A stretch of 32,000 bases of DNA. Source: Microbacterium phage Bustleton. The stretch is from the sequence record MK814762.1; one strand, 5' to 3'. Shown one piece after another: positions 18,385 through 26,395 of this stretch (its first letter is position 1; every line of letters begins with the position of its first letter). Position numbers and translations under genes: made by a program. The notes below the pieces were generated by a model. That model had not been told where the DNA came from and did no database searches. It saw only the letters and a program-made list of their open reading frames with translations.

Positions 18385-19604
18385 TTCTTGGTTCCCTTCT
18401 TCTGGTTGGGGTAGTAGTCCAGGGGGTCACCCGTGGTCACGTACCTGGTTCGCTGCTCGATCTCGCTGGTGCCGTGCATCAGGTCCGCAACGGTGAGGTC
18501 CTTATAGTTGCACATATATCCGGAGCAGGCGTGCAGGTTGCGCTCGACGCAGTCGGGGTCGTCCCACGAGTAGTTCAGCAGGCGCTTCGCCGTGGTCCTG
18601 AACGACTTCCACTGGCGCTCAGCCTGCTCCGGCGTGAACGTGAGCCGGTCCCGGCGGAAGGTGTCGGTGTAGTCCCGGTGCTTCAGCTCCACCAGGAACT
18701 CCTCCACGTAGGCTCGCTCCTTGGGGTCCTCGATGGCCAGCAGGAACTTCCCCTTGATACGTGTGGCCAGGTTGTTCTCGATGAGCCACTCTTCGTAGAC
18801 TGGCAGCGTGGTCCCGCTGGGCTTGAGCGTCCTACTCTGCAACCCCTTGGTCGTCAGGCTGGGCGTCTTGATGGCACTCGTCCGCATGTAGTCGTAGATG
18901 AAGCCCTTGGGCTGCGGCAGGCCGAGCGCCAGGTACTCGGGGGCTTCCTCGCATGCCCAGAGGTAGGAGTAGTGCTGGAAGGCGAGTTCCCGGTAGCGCC
19001 AGTCGGGGAGCGTGGCGTGGGTCTTGTGGTCACCGAGCCAGATGTCGCCAGCTTCGTCCTGCCACACGATGTCGATGCGCCCCCGGTACAGCACCCGACC
19101 GCCAAACATGGGGCGCTCTACGGTCAGCTCAACGGCGATGGGGGTCAGCTTCTCTGTGCGATAGACCCACTCGTAGGAGAGCATCAGGTTATAGCACTCC
19201 TCGGCCAGGCCAGCAGTCTCCTCCTCGAAGGTGGTTCGCTCAGCTTCCTCGATGAGCTCCTGGTGCTTGGCCCGCCAGTCGCCGCCCTTGCCCCGCTCCT
19301 CCAGGAGAGCGTGGACCCAGGTGCCACGGGTGAGAGGCTTCTTCTCAATGCGCGTGCGGAGGCCCAGGACGTAGGCGTAGTACGTCTCGCGGGGGCACTC
19401 AACGAACTTGGACACCATGGACTGAGTGATGACAGGCTTGCCGTCATCCGTCATGGGCCAGTTGCCCCGGTACTTGCGAGGAGGCTTGGTCCCCGTGCTG
19501 GGAAGCTGCTTCGCCTTGCCCTTAGAACTCTGCGAGGGCTTCACCGCCCCAGCAGCGCGAGATCGTGACGTCCGCTTTGAGGTAGAACTTTCGCGTGAGA
19601 CCAT
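18381..19604 (-). CDS. Cas4/RecB-family PD-(D/E)XK exonuclease
   Basis: 'QSMVSKFVECPRETYYAYVLGLR', 'IWLGDHKTHA', 'LAFQHYSYLW', and C-terminal Cys cluster 'DCVERNLHACSGYMC' suggesting Fe-S. Confidence 0.8.
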   Translation of the reverse strand: MVSRESSTSKRTSRSRAAGAVKPSQSSKGKAKQLPSTGTKPPRKYRGNWPMTDDGKPVITQSMVSKFVECPRETYYAYVLGLRTRIEKKPLTRGTWVHALLEERGKGGDWRAKHQELIEEAERTTFEEETAGLAEECYNLMLSYEWVYRTEKLTPIAVELTVERPMFGGRVLYRGRIDIVWQDEAGDIWLGDHKTHATLPDWRYRELAFQHYSYLWACEEAPEYLALGLPQPKGFIYDYMRTSAIKTPSLTTKGLQSRTLKPSGTTLPVYEEWLIENNLATRIKGKFLLAIEDPKERAYVEEFLVELKHRDYTDTFRRDRLTFTPEQAERQWKSFRTTAKRLLNYSWDDPDCVERNLHACSGYMCNYKDLTVADLMHGTSEIEQRTRYVTTGDPLDYYPNQKKGTKK

Positions 19605-21372
19605 TGTCAGCCCTTTCCATTGTCTCTTTTACGATCCTGCCAACCTTGCGAGCCGTGCTGTATGGGGCAGTCAGGCAGACGCTGTCGTGGACCGTGGTTA
19701 TTAGCTTAGCCCCCAGTGCAGGCAGGCGCAAGTCCCTAGCCAAGCGCCCCAGACTGATGAGCATGAAGTCAGAGCCGGTGCTCTGCACAGGAGAGTTGAT
19801 CGCCTGTCGGAAGGCGTTCTCCTGAACCCAGTAGTCATCGGCGTACACCTTGGGCAAGTGACGGAAGCGGCCGAACTCGTTGTGGACGCCCCCGTACTCA
19901 ATAGCTTCCTGCCGCTGCTTCCGATACCAAGGCTGAAGCCCTGCGAACGTGGCGAAGAACTCCTCGCGGAAGGCCTCGGCCTCCTTGGGGGTGATCTTGA
20001 CGCCGTAGTTCTCAAACAGGTAGTTCGCGAAGTGCTTGGCATGCATTCCGTACAGGAAGCCGAAGTTGACACCCTTGGCCAACGACCGATGCTCCTTGGT
20101 GATGTCGTCGCTGCGCACCAGCCGCTTCGCCATATAGGTATGGATGTCCTCGCCCGTTTCGAACAGGCGAAGCATCTCCCTGTCACCTGACATGACGGCA
20201 GCCACACGGAGCTCAAGCTGGCTGAAGTCTACTTCGATCCACGCCTGCCCGCGCTCCCCGAAGAGGTTACGTGTGGCCCTGTCGCGCGGGATCTGCTGCG
20301 AGTTGAGGCCCGACTTGTCACCGGGGTCGCTGCTGGACAGCCTGCCCGTGACCGTGCCCGTGAGCTTGAAGCTGGTGCCGATGCGTCCGTCTCGGGTACG
20401 CTGCTCAATCGGCACCAGGAACCCGGTGAGCTGCTTATAGAGAGTGCTGCGCTCACTGAGCAGCCTTGCGGCCGGATGGTCGATCTTGGCCAGGTCCTCC
20501 TGAGAGAGGCCGGGGTTGCCATCGGGCCAGGTCTTGGTCGGCTTGGTGCGCCGGGGGCACATGGCTCCCTGATGAACGTAGAGCCACCACTTAGTCCAGT
20601 TGGTCGCTCCCCACTTGGGCTTCGTCTTCTGCAGCCAGTCGGGCCACTGCTCCTTCGGCGGGATGCTGGCGTCCAGCTTCTGCTCGATCTCGTGGATCCG
20701 CTGCTCCACCTGGTCCTTCGTCTTCCTGACAAGGCCCAGCCGGACGGGCAGCTTATTGTCTTCCATCTGCCGGAGGGCAGGGCTGGCAGGAAGCATGACC
20801 TCCCGCATCACGCGCACCGGGTCCTCGTGGGGCTTCAGGTTCTTCTTGATGTGGCGTCGCTGCCACTTCATCAGCTCCCTGGTGATGTGAACGTCCTTGC
20901 CCGCGTAGACGCTGACCCGCTTCTTGCTGGCTGCGGGCAGCTTGCGCTCAGCCCAGGTCTGCCCGAACTCGTCGCCGAAGTGGCTGACGTCGTCGTCAGA
21001 CCAGTCTTCATAACCCAGCAGCCGCATCCCCAGCGCCTTCAGGCCGACGGGGTGGTTCTCGTCCAGCAGGTGCGCCATGAACATCGTGTCCCAGGTGACG
21101 CGCACCCTGGCACCGTAGCTCTCCAGCCAGCGGCAGTCGAACGGGGAGTTGTGTGCGACCCCGCTGCGGATACGGAGCTTGGAGATCTCCTGCGGGCTGC
21201 GGGGCCACCAGACCATGACATCATCTCGGTCATACGGTGCGAAGGCCACACAGAGAAGCTGGCCTCCGCTGACGTGAAGAGACGTGGTCTCGATGTCAAA
21301 GATGAGCGGGGCGGTGGACTGGGCGAGGTACGCCTTGACCTCGTGCCAGTCGTCGCTGACAAGTAGTTGCAT
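19522..21372 (-). CDS. DNA polymerase I (family A) with 3'-5' exonuclease domain
   Basis: 'FDIETTSLH' (Exo I), 'EVDFSQLELRVAA' (motif A), 'RSLAKGVNFGFLYG' (motif B), 'TVHDSV' (motif C). Confidence 0.93.
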   Translation of the reverse strand: MQLLVSDDWHEVKAYLAQSTAPLIFDIETTSLHVSGGQLLCVAFAPYDRDDVMVWWPRSPQEISKLRIRSGVAHNSPFDCRWLESYGARVRVTWDTMFMAHLLDENHPVGLKALGMRLLGYEDWSDDDVSHFGDEFGQTWAERKLPAASKKRVSVYAGKDVHITRELMKWQRRHIKKNLKPHEDPVRVMREVMLPASPALRQMEDNKLPVRLGLVRKTKDQVEQRIHEIEQKLDASIPPKEQWPDWLQKTKPKWGATNWTKWWLYVHQGAMCPRRTKPTKTWPDGNPGLSQEDLAKIDHPAARLLSERSTLYKQLTGFLVPIEQRTRDGRIGTSFKLTGTVTGRLSSSDPGDKSGLNSQQIPRDRATRNLFGERGQAWIEVDFSQLELRVAAVMSGDREMLRLFETGEDIHTYMAKRLVRSDDITKEHRSLAKGVNFGFLYGMHAKHFANYLFENYGVKITPKEAEAFREEFFATFAGLQPWYRKQRQEAIEYGGVHNEFGRFRHLPKVYADDYWVQENAFRQAINSPVQSTGSDFMLISLGRLARDLRLPALGAKLITTVHDSVCLTAPYSTARKVGRIVKETMERADNGLTRKFYLKADVTISRCWGGEALAEF

Positions 21373-21417
21373 AGGTGGAACTCCTACTTAGGAATGGGGC
21401 TGTGAAGTTGTGAAGAG

Positions 21418-21496
21418 TAGACCGCCCAGGACTCGAACCTGGACCGAGGGTGCGCGATGCTTTTCCCCTCGCCTCTGCCCGTTGGGGTAGCGGCCT
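21418..21496 (-). ncRNA. tRNA-like RNA / degenerate tRNA with 15-nt 'anticodon' loop
   Basis: Acceptor AGGCCGC/GCGGTCT (7 bp, one G-U), UA8-9, D-arm CCCC-AACGGGCA-GAGG, stem GAGGG/CCCTC, T-arm CCAGG-TTCGAGT-CCTGG. Confidence 0.5.
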
Positions 21497-21504
21497 TAGT
21501 GGCA

Positions 21505-21543
21505 GGACCCCCGGCACCTGTTCGGGTCAAGTACCGGGGGTCC
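21505..21543 (-). terminator. strong hairpin downstream of the 21551-21982 gene
   Basis: Minus-strand RNA GGACCCCCGGUACUUG-ACCCGAA-CAGGUGCCGGGGGUCC: 16 bp with two G-U pairs, 7-nt loop; 8 nt after the stop codon; no U-tract. Confidence 0.55.
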
Positions 21544-21550
21544 ACACGGC

Positions 21551-21982
21551 TCAGCGCTGGGGGCGCTTGCGAGCCGTGGTCTTGGCGGGAGCGGCCTTGG
21601 CCGACGCCGCCTTGGTCGTGCGCTTGGCTGCGGGCTTCGCTGCGGCCTTCGCCGGGGCTGCCTTCTTGGCCGTGGCCTTGGGGGCGGGCTTCTCGTCGGC
21701 CTCGGCGCGGCTGCCGCGCTCCAGGGTCCAGCCGGTGGGGAGCTCGTTGACGCCGTCGATGGTCTGCGCGACCAGGTCGTCCAGGGTGCCCTCGTTGATC
21801 GCGTTGACGAAGGCGAAGTACGCCAGCGCTCGGAGACCCTTGAGGCGGCTGCGCTTGACCGAGACGCCGAAGGTCTCGACGACCTGCTGGATGGCGTCCT
21901 CGATGATGGCCTTGGGGGTCGGCTCGGCCTCGGTGGCCTCGATCTCCTCGTCCAGGACGGCTGCGGTGTTCTTCGTGGCCAT
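21551..21982 (-). CDS. hypothetical protein with histone H1/actinobacterial HU-like AK-rich tail
   Basis: 143 aa; C-terminus PAPKATAKKAAPAKAAAKPAAKRTTKAASAKAAPAKTTARKRPQR; AAGGAGAA RBS. Confidence 0.65.
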   Translation of the reverse strand: MATKNTAAVLDEEIEATEAEPTPKAIIEDAIQQVVETFGVSVKRSRLKGLRALAYFAFVNAINEGTLDDLVAQTIDGVNELPTGWTLERGSRAEADEKPAPKATAKKAAPAKAAAKPAAKRTTKAASAKAAPAKTTARKRPQR

Positions 21983-22045
21983 GATGTTCTCCTTGTTGGT
22001 TGGCCGGATGGTGGACTTGCCGGGGCTGCTTGCCCTGTAACCTCT

Positions 22046-22074
22046 ACAGTAGCATCACCGGCACTACCCTCCAA
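22046..22074 (-). promoter_or_regulatory. predicted promoter TTGGAG-N17-TACTGT for the 21551-21982 gene
   Basis: -35 at 22069-22074, -10 at 22046-22051; about 55-nt 5' UTR with RBS. Confidence 0.6.
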
Positions 22075-23443
22075 GACCGTGCTGGGAAATTCTTGCGACG
22101 GTCTTCTTGAGATGGTCGTGGTCCTCCTGCAGGGTGACCCACACGTCCTCGTCCACGGTGCCCTTCCCGCACAGGAACCAGACGGTCGGGCTGGCAGGCG
22201 ACAGCTTGATGCGGTCGCTGGCCTGCTTGAACGTGACGTACGAGAAGTCGCTGGTGTACCAGATCAGGTCGTTGGCCACCGAGATGTCCACGGCCATCGC
22301 CACGGTCCGGGGCTGCACCAGCAGCACGCGCACGTCGCGGTCACGCTGGAAGTCCTCGATGACCCAGTTCTTGTCCTTGGTCTTGCCCGTGATGACCCGG
22401 TAGCCCAAGCCCTGCCGCTTGAGCCAGCGCTCCACCAGCCGGATCTCGCGGATGTGCGTGCAGGCGATAATGATCTTGCCCTTGCAGCGCCTCTTCACGA
22501 TGTGGCCAAGGGCACCCAGGCGGGCACGGGCAGCTTCCGGAACGGTGAACTGGTTGTCCTCGTCGTCGGTGACCCATCCTGCGACAAGGGTACGCATACG
22601 GAGCAGCCTAGTCAGGGGGTTGAGGGCTGCCACGTCGTGCCCCAGCATGTCCTCCACGACCCCCTTCTTGAGAAGCGTCTTGTGCCACTTCATGATCTGG
22701 CTGGGCACGGGGTAGCGCACCTTGCGGACGGGCACGGGGTCGCCAGCGCCGGTCATCGTGATGACATGGGGCTGGATGTAGGCGTTCAGCTCGTACTGGT
22801 TCCGCGGACGGACAAGCTCGGGGAAGCCCTTCTTGGTGGTCCACTCGCCGAAGTGCTCACGGAAGTCGCGGGCTGTCTCCCAGTGATCCCTAATGCTGGG
22901 GTCCAGGAACGTCCACTGCCCGTAGACGGCATCGACCTGGCTGGGGTTGGTGACGGGGGTGCCAGTCATCAGGAGCCGATAGTGCCACTGGTGCGCCAGC
23001 GGCCGGATGTTGCGGCCTGTCACCCCGGACGGCTTCTTGATGATGTGGCTCTCGTCCAGCAGCATCGCGCCTTGCCCCTGGCACAAGTCCGACATCTTCT
23101 TCAGGAAGGGCTTCAGCCGCTTGAACGGACCCTTGGTGAACTGCTCGTAGTTGACGAACAGGATGGTGATGCCCTTGAACTGGCTGGGGTCGGGGTACTC
23201 GTTGCCAGCCGTCAGCGGGAAGAAGCGATACTCCTTGCGGAGCCACTTGGCAGCTTCCGTCTTCCATGTGGCCTCAGCCACCTTCGGCCCCAGCACCACG
23301 GCCACACGGGGGGCAACGTGCTCTATCCACCGGAGGGCGACTGCGGTCTTGCCCGAACGCGGCTCTGCCCAGAGGGCAGCGAAGTGACGGCCAGGCTCGC
23401 ACAGCCGTTCCAACGCTACCCTCTGGGAATCACGGAGCTGCAT
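22064..23443 (-). CDS. SNF2/DEAD-like superfamily II helicase
   Basis: 'AEPRSGKTAVALRWIE' Walker A, 'MLLDESHIIKK' DEXH, 'LLMTGTPVTNP', 'LLVQPRTVAMAVDIS'; ATG 23443 overlaps the upstream TGA. Confidence 0.85.
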   Translation of the reverse strand: MQLRDSQRVALERLCEPGRHFAALWAEPRSGKTAVALRWIEHVAPRVAVVLGPKVAEATWKTEAAKWLRKEYRFFPLTAGNEYPDPSQFKGITILFVNYEQFTKGPFKRLKPFLKKMSDLCQGQGAMLLDESHIIKKPSGVTGRNIRPLAHQWHYRLLMTGTPVTNPSQVDAVYGQWTFLDPSIRDHWETARDFREHFGEWTTKKGFPELVRPRNQYELNAYIQPHVITMTGAGDPVPVRKVRYPVPSQIMKWHKTLLKKGVVEDMLGHDVAALNPLTRLLRMRTLVAGWVTDDEDNQFTVPEAARARLGALGHIVKRRCKGKIIIACTHIREIRLVERWLKRQGLGYRVITGKTKDKNWVIEDFQRDRDVRVLLVQPRTVAMAVDISVANDLIWYTSDFSYVTFKQASDRIKLSPASPTVWFLCGKGTVDEDVWVTLQEDHDHLKKTVARISQHGLGG

Positions 23444-23583
23444 CACACTCGCCCCGTTGCATGCCAGATCCACACCGTGCGGATGTCCACCTGGTAGATG
23501 CGGGCCAGGGCTTCCATGTAGCGCCTGTTCGCCTGGATGGCGATGCGCTCCAGGACAAGGCGGAACTCCTTCTCCAGGTCCAT
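23443..23583 (-). CDS. 46-aa putative helix-turn-helix-like small protein
   Basis: MDLEKEFRLVLERIAIQANRRYMEALARIYQVDIRTVWIWHATGRV; TGATG overlaps at both ends; GGGAGG upstream. Not in the supplied track. Confidence 0.55.
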   Translation of the reverse strand: MDLEKEFRLVLERIAIQANRRYMEALARIYQVDIRTVWIWHATGRV

Positions 23584-23807
23584 CACAGGGTCACCTCCCA
23601 CCAGCGCCAGGTGAACACCACGATGTCCTGCTGGCGGTCTTCCTCCCGGGTCAGTGTGGCCTCGGCGGGCACCCCTGCACGGCTGGCCCGTGCCTGGATG
23701 TCCTCCTCCAGGTCGCCCCTGGATTCCGTCAGGAGCAGCTTGCTCACTTCGTAGGCGTAGGTCTTGACCTCGATCTGGGGGCGCTGCCCCGTCACCAGCT
23801 TGGCCAT
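23583..23807 (-). CDS. hypothetical protein
   Basis: MAKLVTGQRPQIEVKTYAYEV...; GGAGGG RBS before ATG 23807. Confidence 0.6.
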   Translation of the reverse strand: MAKLVTGQRPQIEVKTYAYEVSKLLLTESRGDLEEDIQARASRAGVPAEATLTREEDRQQDIVVFTWRWWEVTL

Positions 23808-23808
23808 G

Positions 23809-24627
23809 TCACACCCTCCAGGCTTCCAGGTCACCCATGCCCTCGCCGATGATGCCTGCCAGGTTCGGGCGGAAGTAGTTCGGCCCCTTCTTGACACGGC
23901 CAGGGAAGATGCCGTCGGGGTCGTTCTCCCCGGCGATGATCGCCTTGCCGTCCTCCCCGAACTTGCTCATGTTGCTGCGGTGGACCTCATCGAAGAGCAC
24001 GCGGGCATCCAGCCCGGTCTCAACCATCAGGCCGAACACCACGTAGAGCAGGTCAACGCACGCGTCGGCCGTCTCCACGATGTCGCCGACCACCAGCGCG
24101 TCCTGGAGCTCCTGGAACTCCTCCTCGATGAGCTGCACCCGAAGGCCGATACGCTCTTCGGGCAGCGGGGTCGCCTTGGACAGCACGGGGAGATCCATGG
24201 CGCGCTGGAACTCCACGACGGCAGCCTGCATCGGGTTGATGATGGTGGCCTCCGTCACGGCGCTGGCAGCGTGCCCCCGTGCATACGTCTGGATGACCTC
24301 CCACTGGGCAGCCGTGAACACCTGGCCTCCCAGCTCCACCGTGTGACCCTGCACGGGGCGGGCCAGCACGTAGTCGCCCCCGCTGGTGTGGCCGACCGGC
24401 TGGTACTGGTCCTCGAACTGCTCAGCGCTGTACGGAACGAAGCTGCCGTCTCCCATCTTGACGATGTAGTCGCCGGGGACTGCCGTGTGCTTGCCCAGCA
24501 CGATCCACCAGCCGTCGCTGGACGACTGCACCTTGTTCCCGCTGCACCACTTGGCGACCTCGTCTACGCGGGCCACATCGAAGCGCTGGGCCTCCACGGT
24601 GCTGTTCTTGATCTGGTACTCGCTCAC
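23809..24627 (-). CDS. MazG-like / all-alpha NTP pyrophosphohydrolase domain protein with extra N-terminal domain
   Basis: C-terminal 'EFQRAMDLPV...RVQLIEEEFQELQDALVVGDIVETADACVDLLYVVFGLMVETGLDARVLFDEVHRSNMSKFGEDGK'. Confidence 0.7.
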   Translation of the reverse strand: MSEYQIKNSTVEAQRFDVARVDEVAKWCSGNKVQSSSDGWWIVLGKHTAVPGDYIVKMGDGSFVPYSAEQFEDQYQPVGHTSGGDYVLARPVQGHTVELGGQVFTAAQWEVIQTYARGHAASAVTEATIINPMQAAVVEFQRAMDLPVLSKATPLPEERIGLRVQLIEEEFQELQDALVVGDIVETADACVDLLYVVFGLMVETGLDARVLFDEVHRSNMSKFGEDGKAIIAGENDPDGIFPGRVKKGPNYFRPNLAGIIGEGMGDLEAWRV

Positions 24628-25436
24628 TGGGGGTTACCCTTTCTCTCCTTGCGGACGAACCGCTGTTCCTTTTCGAATGCTTCTGTCATGCGGTCAACCT
24701 CGTCCCAGTTCACCAGGCGGGGGTCCTTGGGGTCCTCGCTGCTGAACGGGCTGATGACGACCTGCACTGCTGCGGCGAAGCCGTGGGCCTCGTCCTTCAG
24801 GGAGGCCTTCACCTTGGGGTCGTCCTCCTGGTCCGCCAGCAGGGCGAGGTCATTGTAGGCGTTGTAGAGCTTGCGTGTGATCTGCGCCCCGACCACGTCC
24901 CCGGCCTTGAGGACCGAGTTGAAGCGCACGCGCCGGTCACGAACATGCGAGAAGGCGCTGGTGACCAAGTACCGGGCGATCTCCTCGCTGGTCTCGTGGC
25001 CCGCGTCGAGCGCTGCCTCGATGGCTTCGGTGATGACATCCACCGTAGTCACGCGGCCTTCCCGCATGGACTCCCGGTCGTCAATGACTGCGAAGATGAT
25101 GCCCTGCCCGCCGAAGACCTGCTCGTACTCGTGGCATTCGCAGGTGCATTTCAGATCCTTGCACGACTTGTGAGAATCTCGGTTGCTGCTGGGGTGAGCA
25201 CAGAAGCCTGACTTCGTCATGGGCTTGTGCCCCGACTTGCGCTCGGCCATCTTGACCTCCTTGTGTTTCTGGATGATAAGCCCCTCGTCAAAGTAGCGAT
25301 CCAGTTCCTGGAGGGCTTCTCTGCGTGTGGCCTTGGACAGTGCCTTGTCTTCGGACCTGCCGTGCAGCACCCCCACCTTGAAGAGATGGTCGAAGTGGGG
25401 GTGCTGGCGGACGTCAGATCCGGTTCTGCTCTTCAT
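24624..25436 (-). CDS. hypothetical protein with Cys/His-rich segment
   Basis: 270 aa; FCAHPSSNRDSHKSCKDLKCTCECHEYE; an alternative ATG at 25250 has a strong SD. Confidence 0.55.
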   Translation of the reverse strand: MKSRTGSDVRQHPHFDHLFKVGVLHGRSEDKALSKATRREALQELDRYFDEGLIIQKHKEVKMAERKSGHKPMTKSGFCAHPSSNRDSHKSCKDLKCTCECHEYEQVFGGQGIIFAVIDDRESMREGRVTTVDVITEAIEAALDAGHETSEEIARYLVTSAFSHVRDRRVRFNSVLKAGDVVGAQITRKLYNAYNDLALLADQEDDPKVKASLKDEAHGFAAAVQVVISPFSSEDPKDPRLVNWDEVDRMTEAFEKEQRFVRKERKGNPQ

Positions 25437-26001
25437 GCCTCAGCAGCTCCAGCAGCGACTCGTCGTCGTGGACCAGCCGCTCGGCCACGCTGCCCCATTC
25501 GAAGACGGGGCTGCTGAAGTCCACGAGACGCTGCGAGAAGCCCCCGCCATTCTCCAGGTCGTTGGTGACCTCCAGGACGGTGACCGTCTTGAAGAGGGAG
25601 AAGTCCTGCGCGTGGTTGTACTCCACCAGGAACTGAGTCCAGTAGGCATAGCCACGGGTCACGGACGCGAGCTTGCCCTTGTCGTACAGCTCGTCCTGGA
25701 TGCCTGCTGCCCGGTCGCGCTTGTGCAGCTTGACCACCAGGTGAGTGTCGGGCATGGCGAACACGGTGCGCACGCGGGGGTCGTTCCACTCGTGATCGGG
25801 CAGGGCCAGCCGGTAGATCATGTGAGTCAGCCAGTCGATGCGGTCGTACGTGATGGGCAGCTCCGGGGCTGCCAGGTGGTCGGCCTGCATGAGCGCGTGC
25901 TTGTCCTTGGTGACGTTATAGATGGCCTCCCCGCTGGCTGCGAGGTTGGCTGCGCTGGTGGACTTGCCGGTCTTGTCCGGGCCTTCGAATGCGATGAACA
26001 T
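25414..26001 (-). CDS. P-loop (d)NMP kinase, thymidylate kinase-like
   Basis: 'MFIAFEGPDKTGKSTSAANLA' P-loop; 'YDRIDWLTHMIYRL', overall tmk-like size. Confidence 0.7.
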   Translation of the reverse strand: MFIAFEGPDKTGKSTSAANLAASGEAIYNVTKDKHALMQADHLAAPELPITYDRIDWLTHMIYRLALPDHEWNDPRVRTVFAMPDTHLVVKLHKRDRAAGIQDELYDKGKLASVTRGYAYWTQFLVEYNHAQDFSLFKTVTVLEVTNDLENGGGFSQRLVDFSSPVFEWGSVAERLVHDDESLLELLRHEEQNRI

Positions 26002-26034
26002 ATTGCTCTCCTTGATGTTGTTACTGCGGGGGCT

Positions 26035-26337
26035 TCAGGTGTTCTCACCGAACGTGGTGACGGCCAAGTGCAGCCCAGTCATGGTCTGCTGGTAGGCCAC
26101 CTGGATGATCTGCAGGTCGGCTAGGTGCTTGGCCACAAGGTCGCCGAGCTTGATAGCCTTGCACGGCCACTCCCCGCACCCCTTGGAACAGGTGTGGACG
26201 TGGTCCGGGCAGTCTTCGTCACACGGGCTGACAGCGCCGTGCGTGTGGCTGGGGTTGACGCACATGGAGATGACTTCGTGCTGCACAGCCAGGGCGAGAA
26301 GGCGCTGGGCCTCTTCGATGAGCTCTTCTTCAGCCAT
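26035..26337 (-). CDS. Cys/His-rich small protein
   Basis: MAEEELIEEAQRLLALAVQHEVISMCVNPSHTHGAVSPCDEDCPDHVHTCSKGCGEWPC... Confidence 0.6.
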   Translation of the reverse strand: MAEEELIEEAQRLLALAVQHEVISMCVNPSHTHGAVSPCDEDCPDHVHTCSKGCGEWPCKAIKLGDLVAKHLADLQIIQVAYQQTMTGLHLAVTTFGENT

Positions 26338-26355
26338 GATATTCTCTCTGTGAAT

Positions 26356-26388
26356 GGGGGTGCCCGCTGGGGAAGTACGGGCACCCCC
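26356..26388. terminator. intercistronic hairpin
   Basis: GGGGGTGCCCG (26356-26366) / CGGGCACCCCC (26378-26388), 11-bp perfect inverted repeat, 11-nt loop. Confidence 0.6.
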
Positions 26389-26395
26389 TTGTCCG

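Noticed and set aside
18474-21366. Long plus-strand ORFs (18474-19568, 20476-21366)
   Set aside because: Antisense to the Cas4-like nuclease and DNA polymerase; no recognisable motifs.
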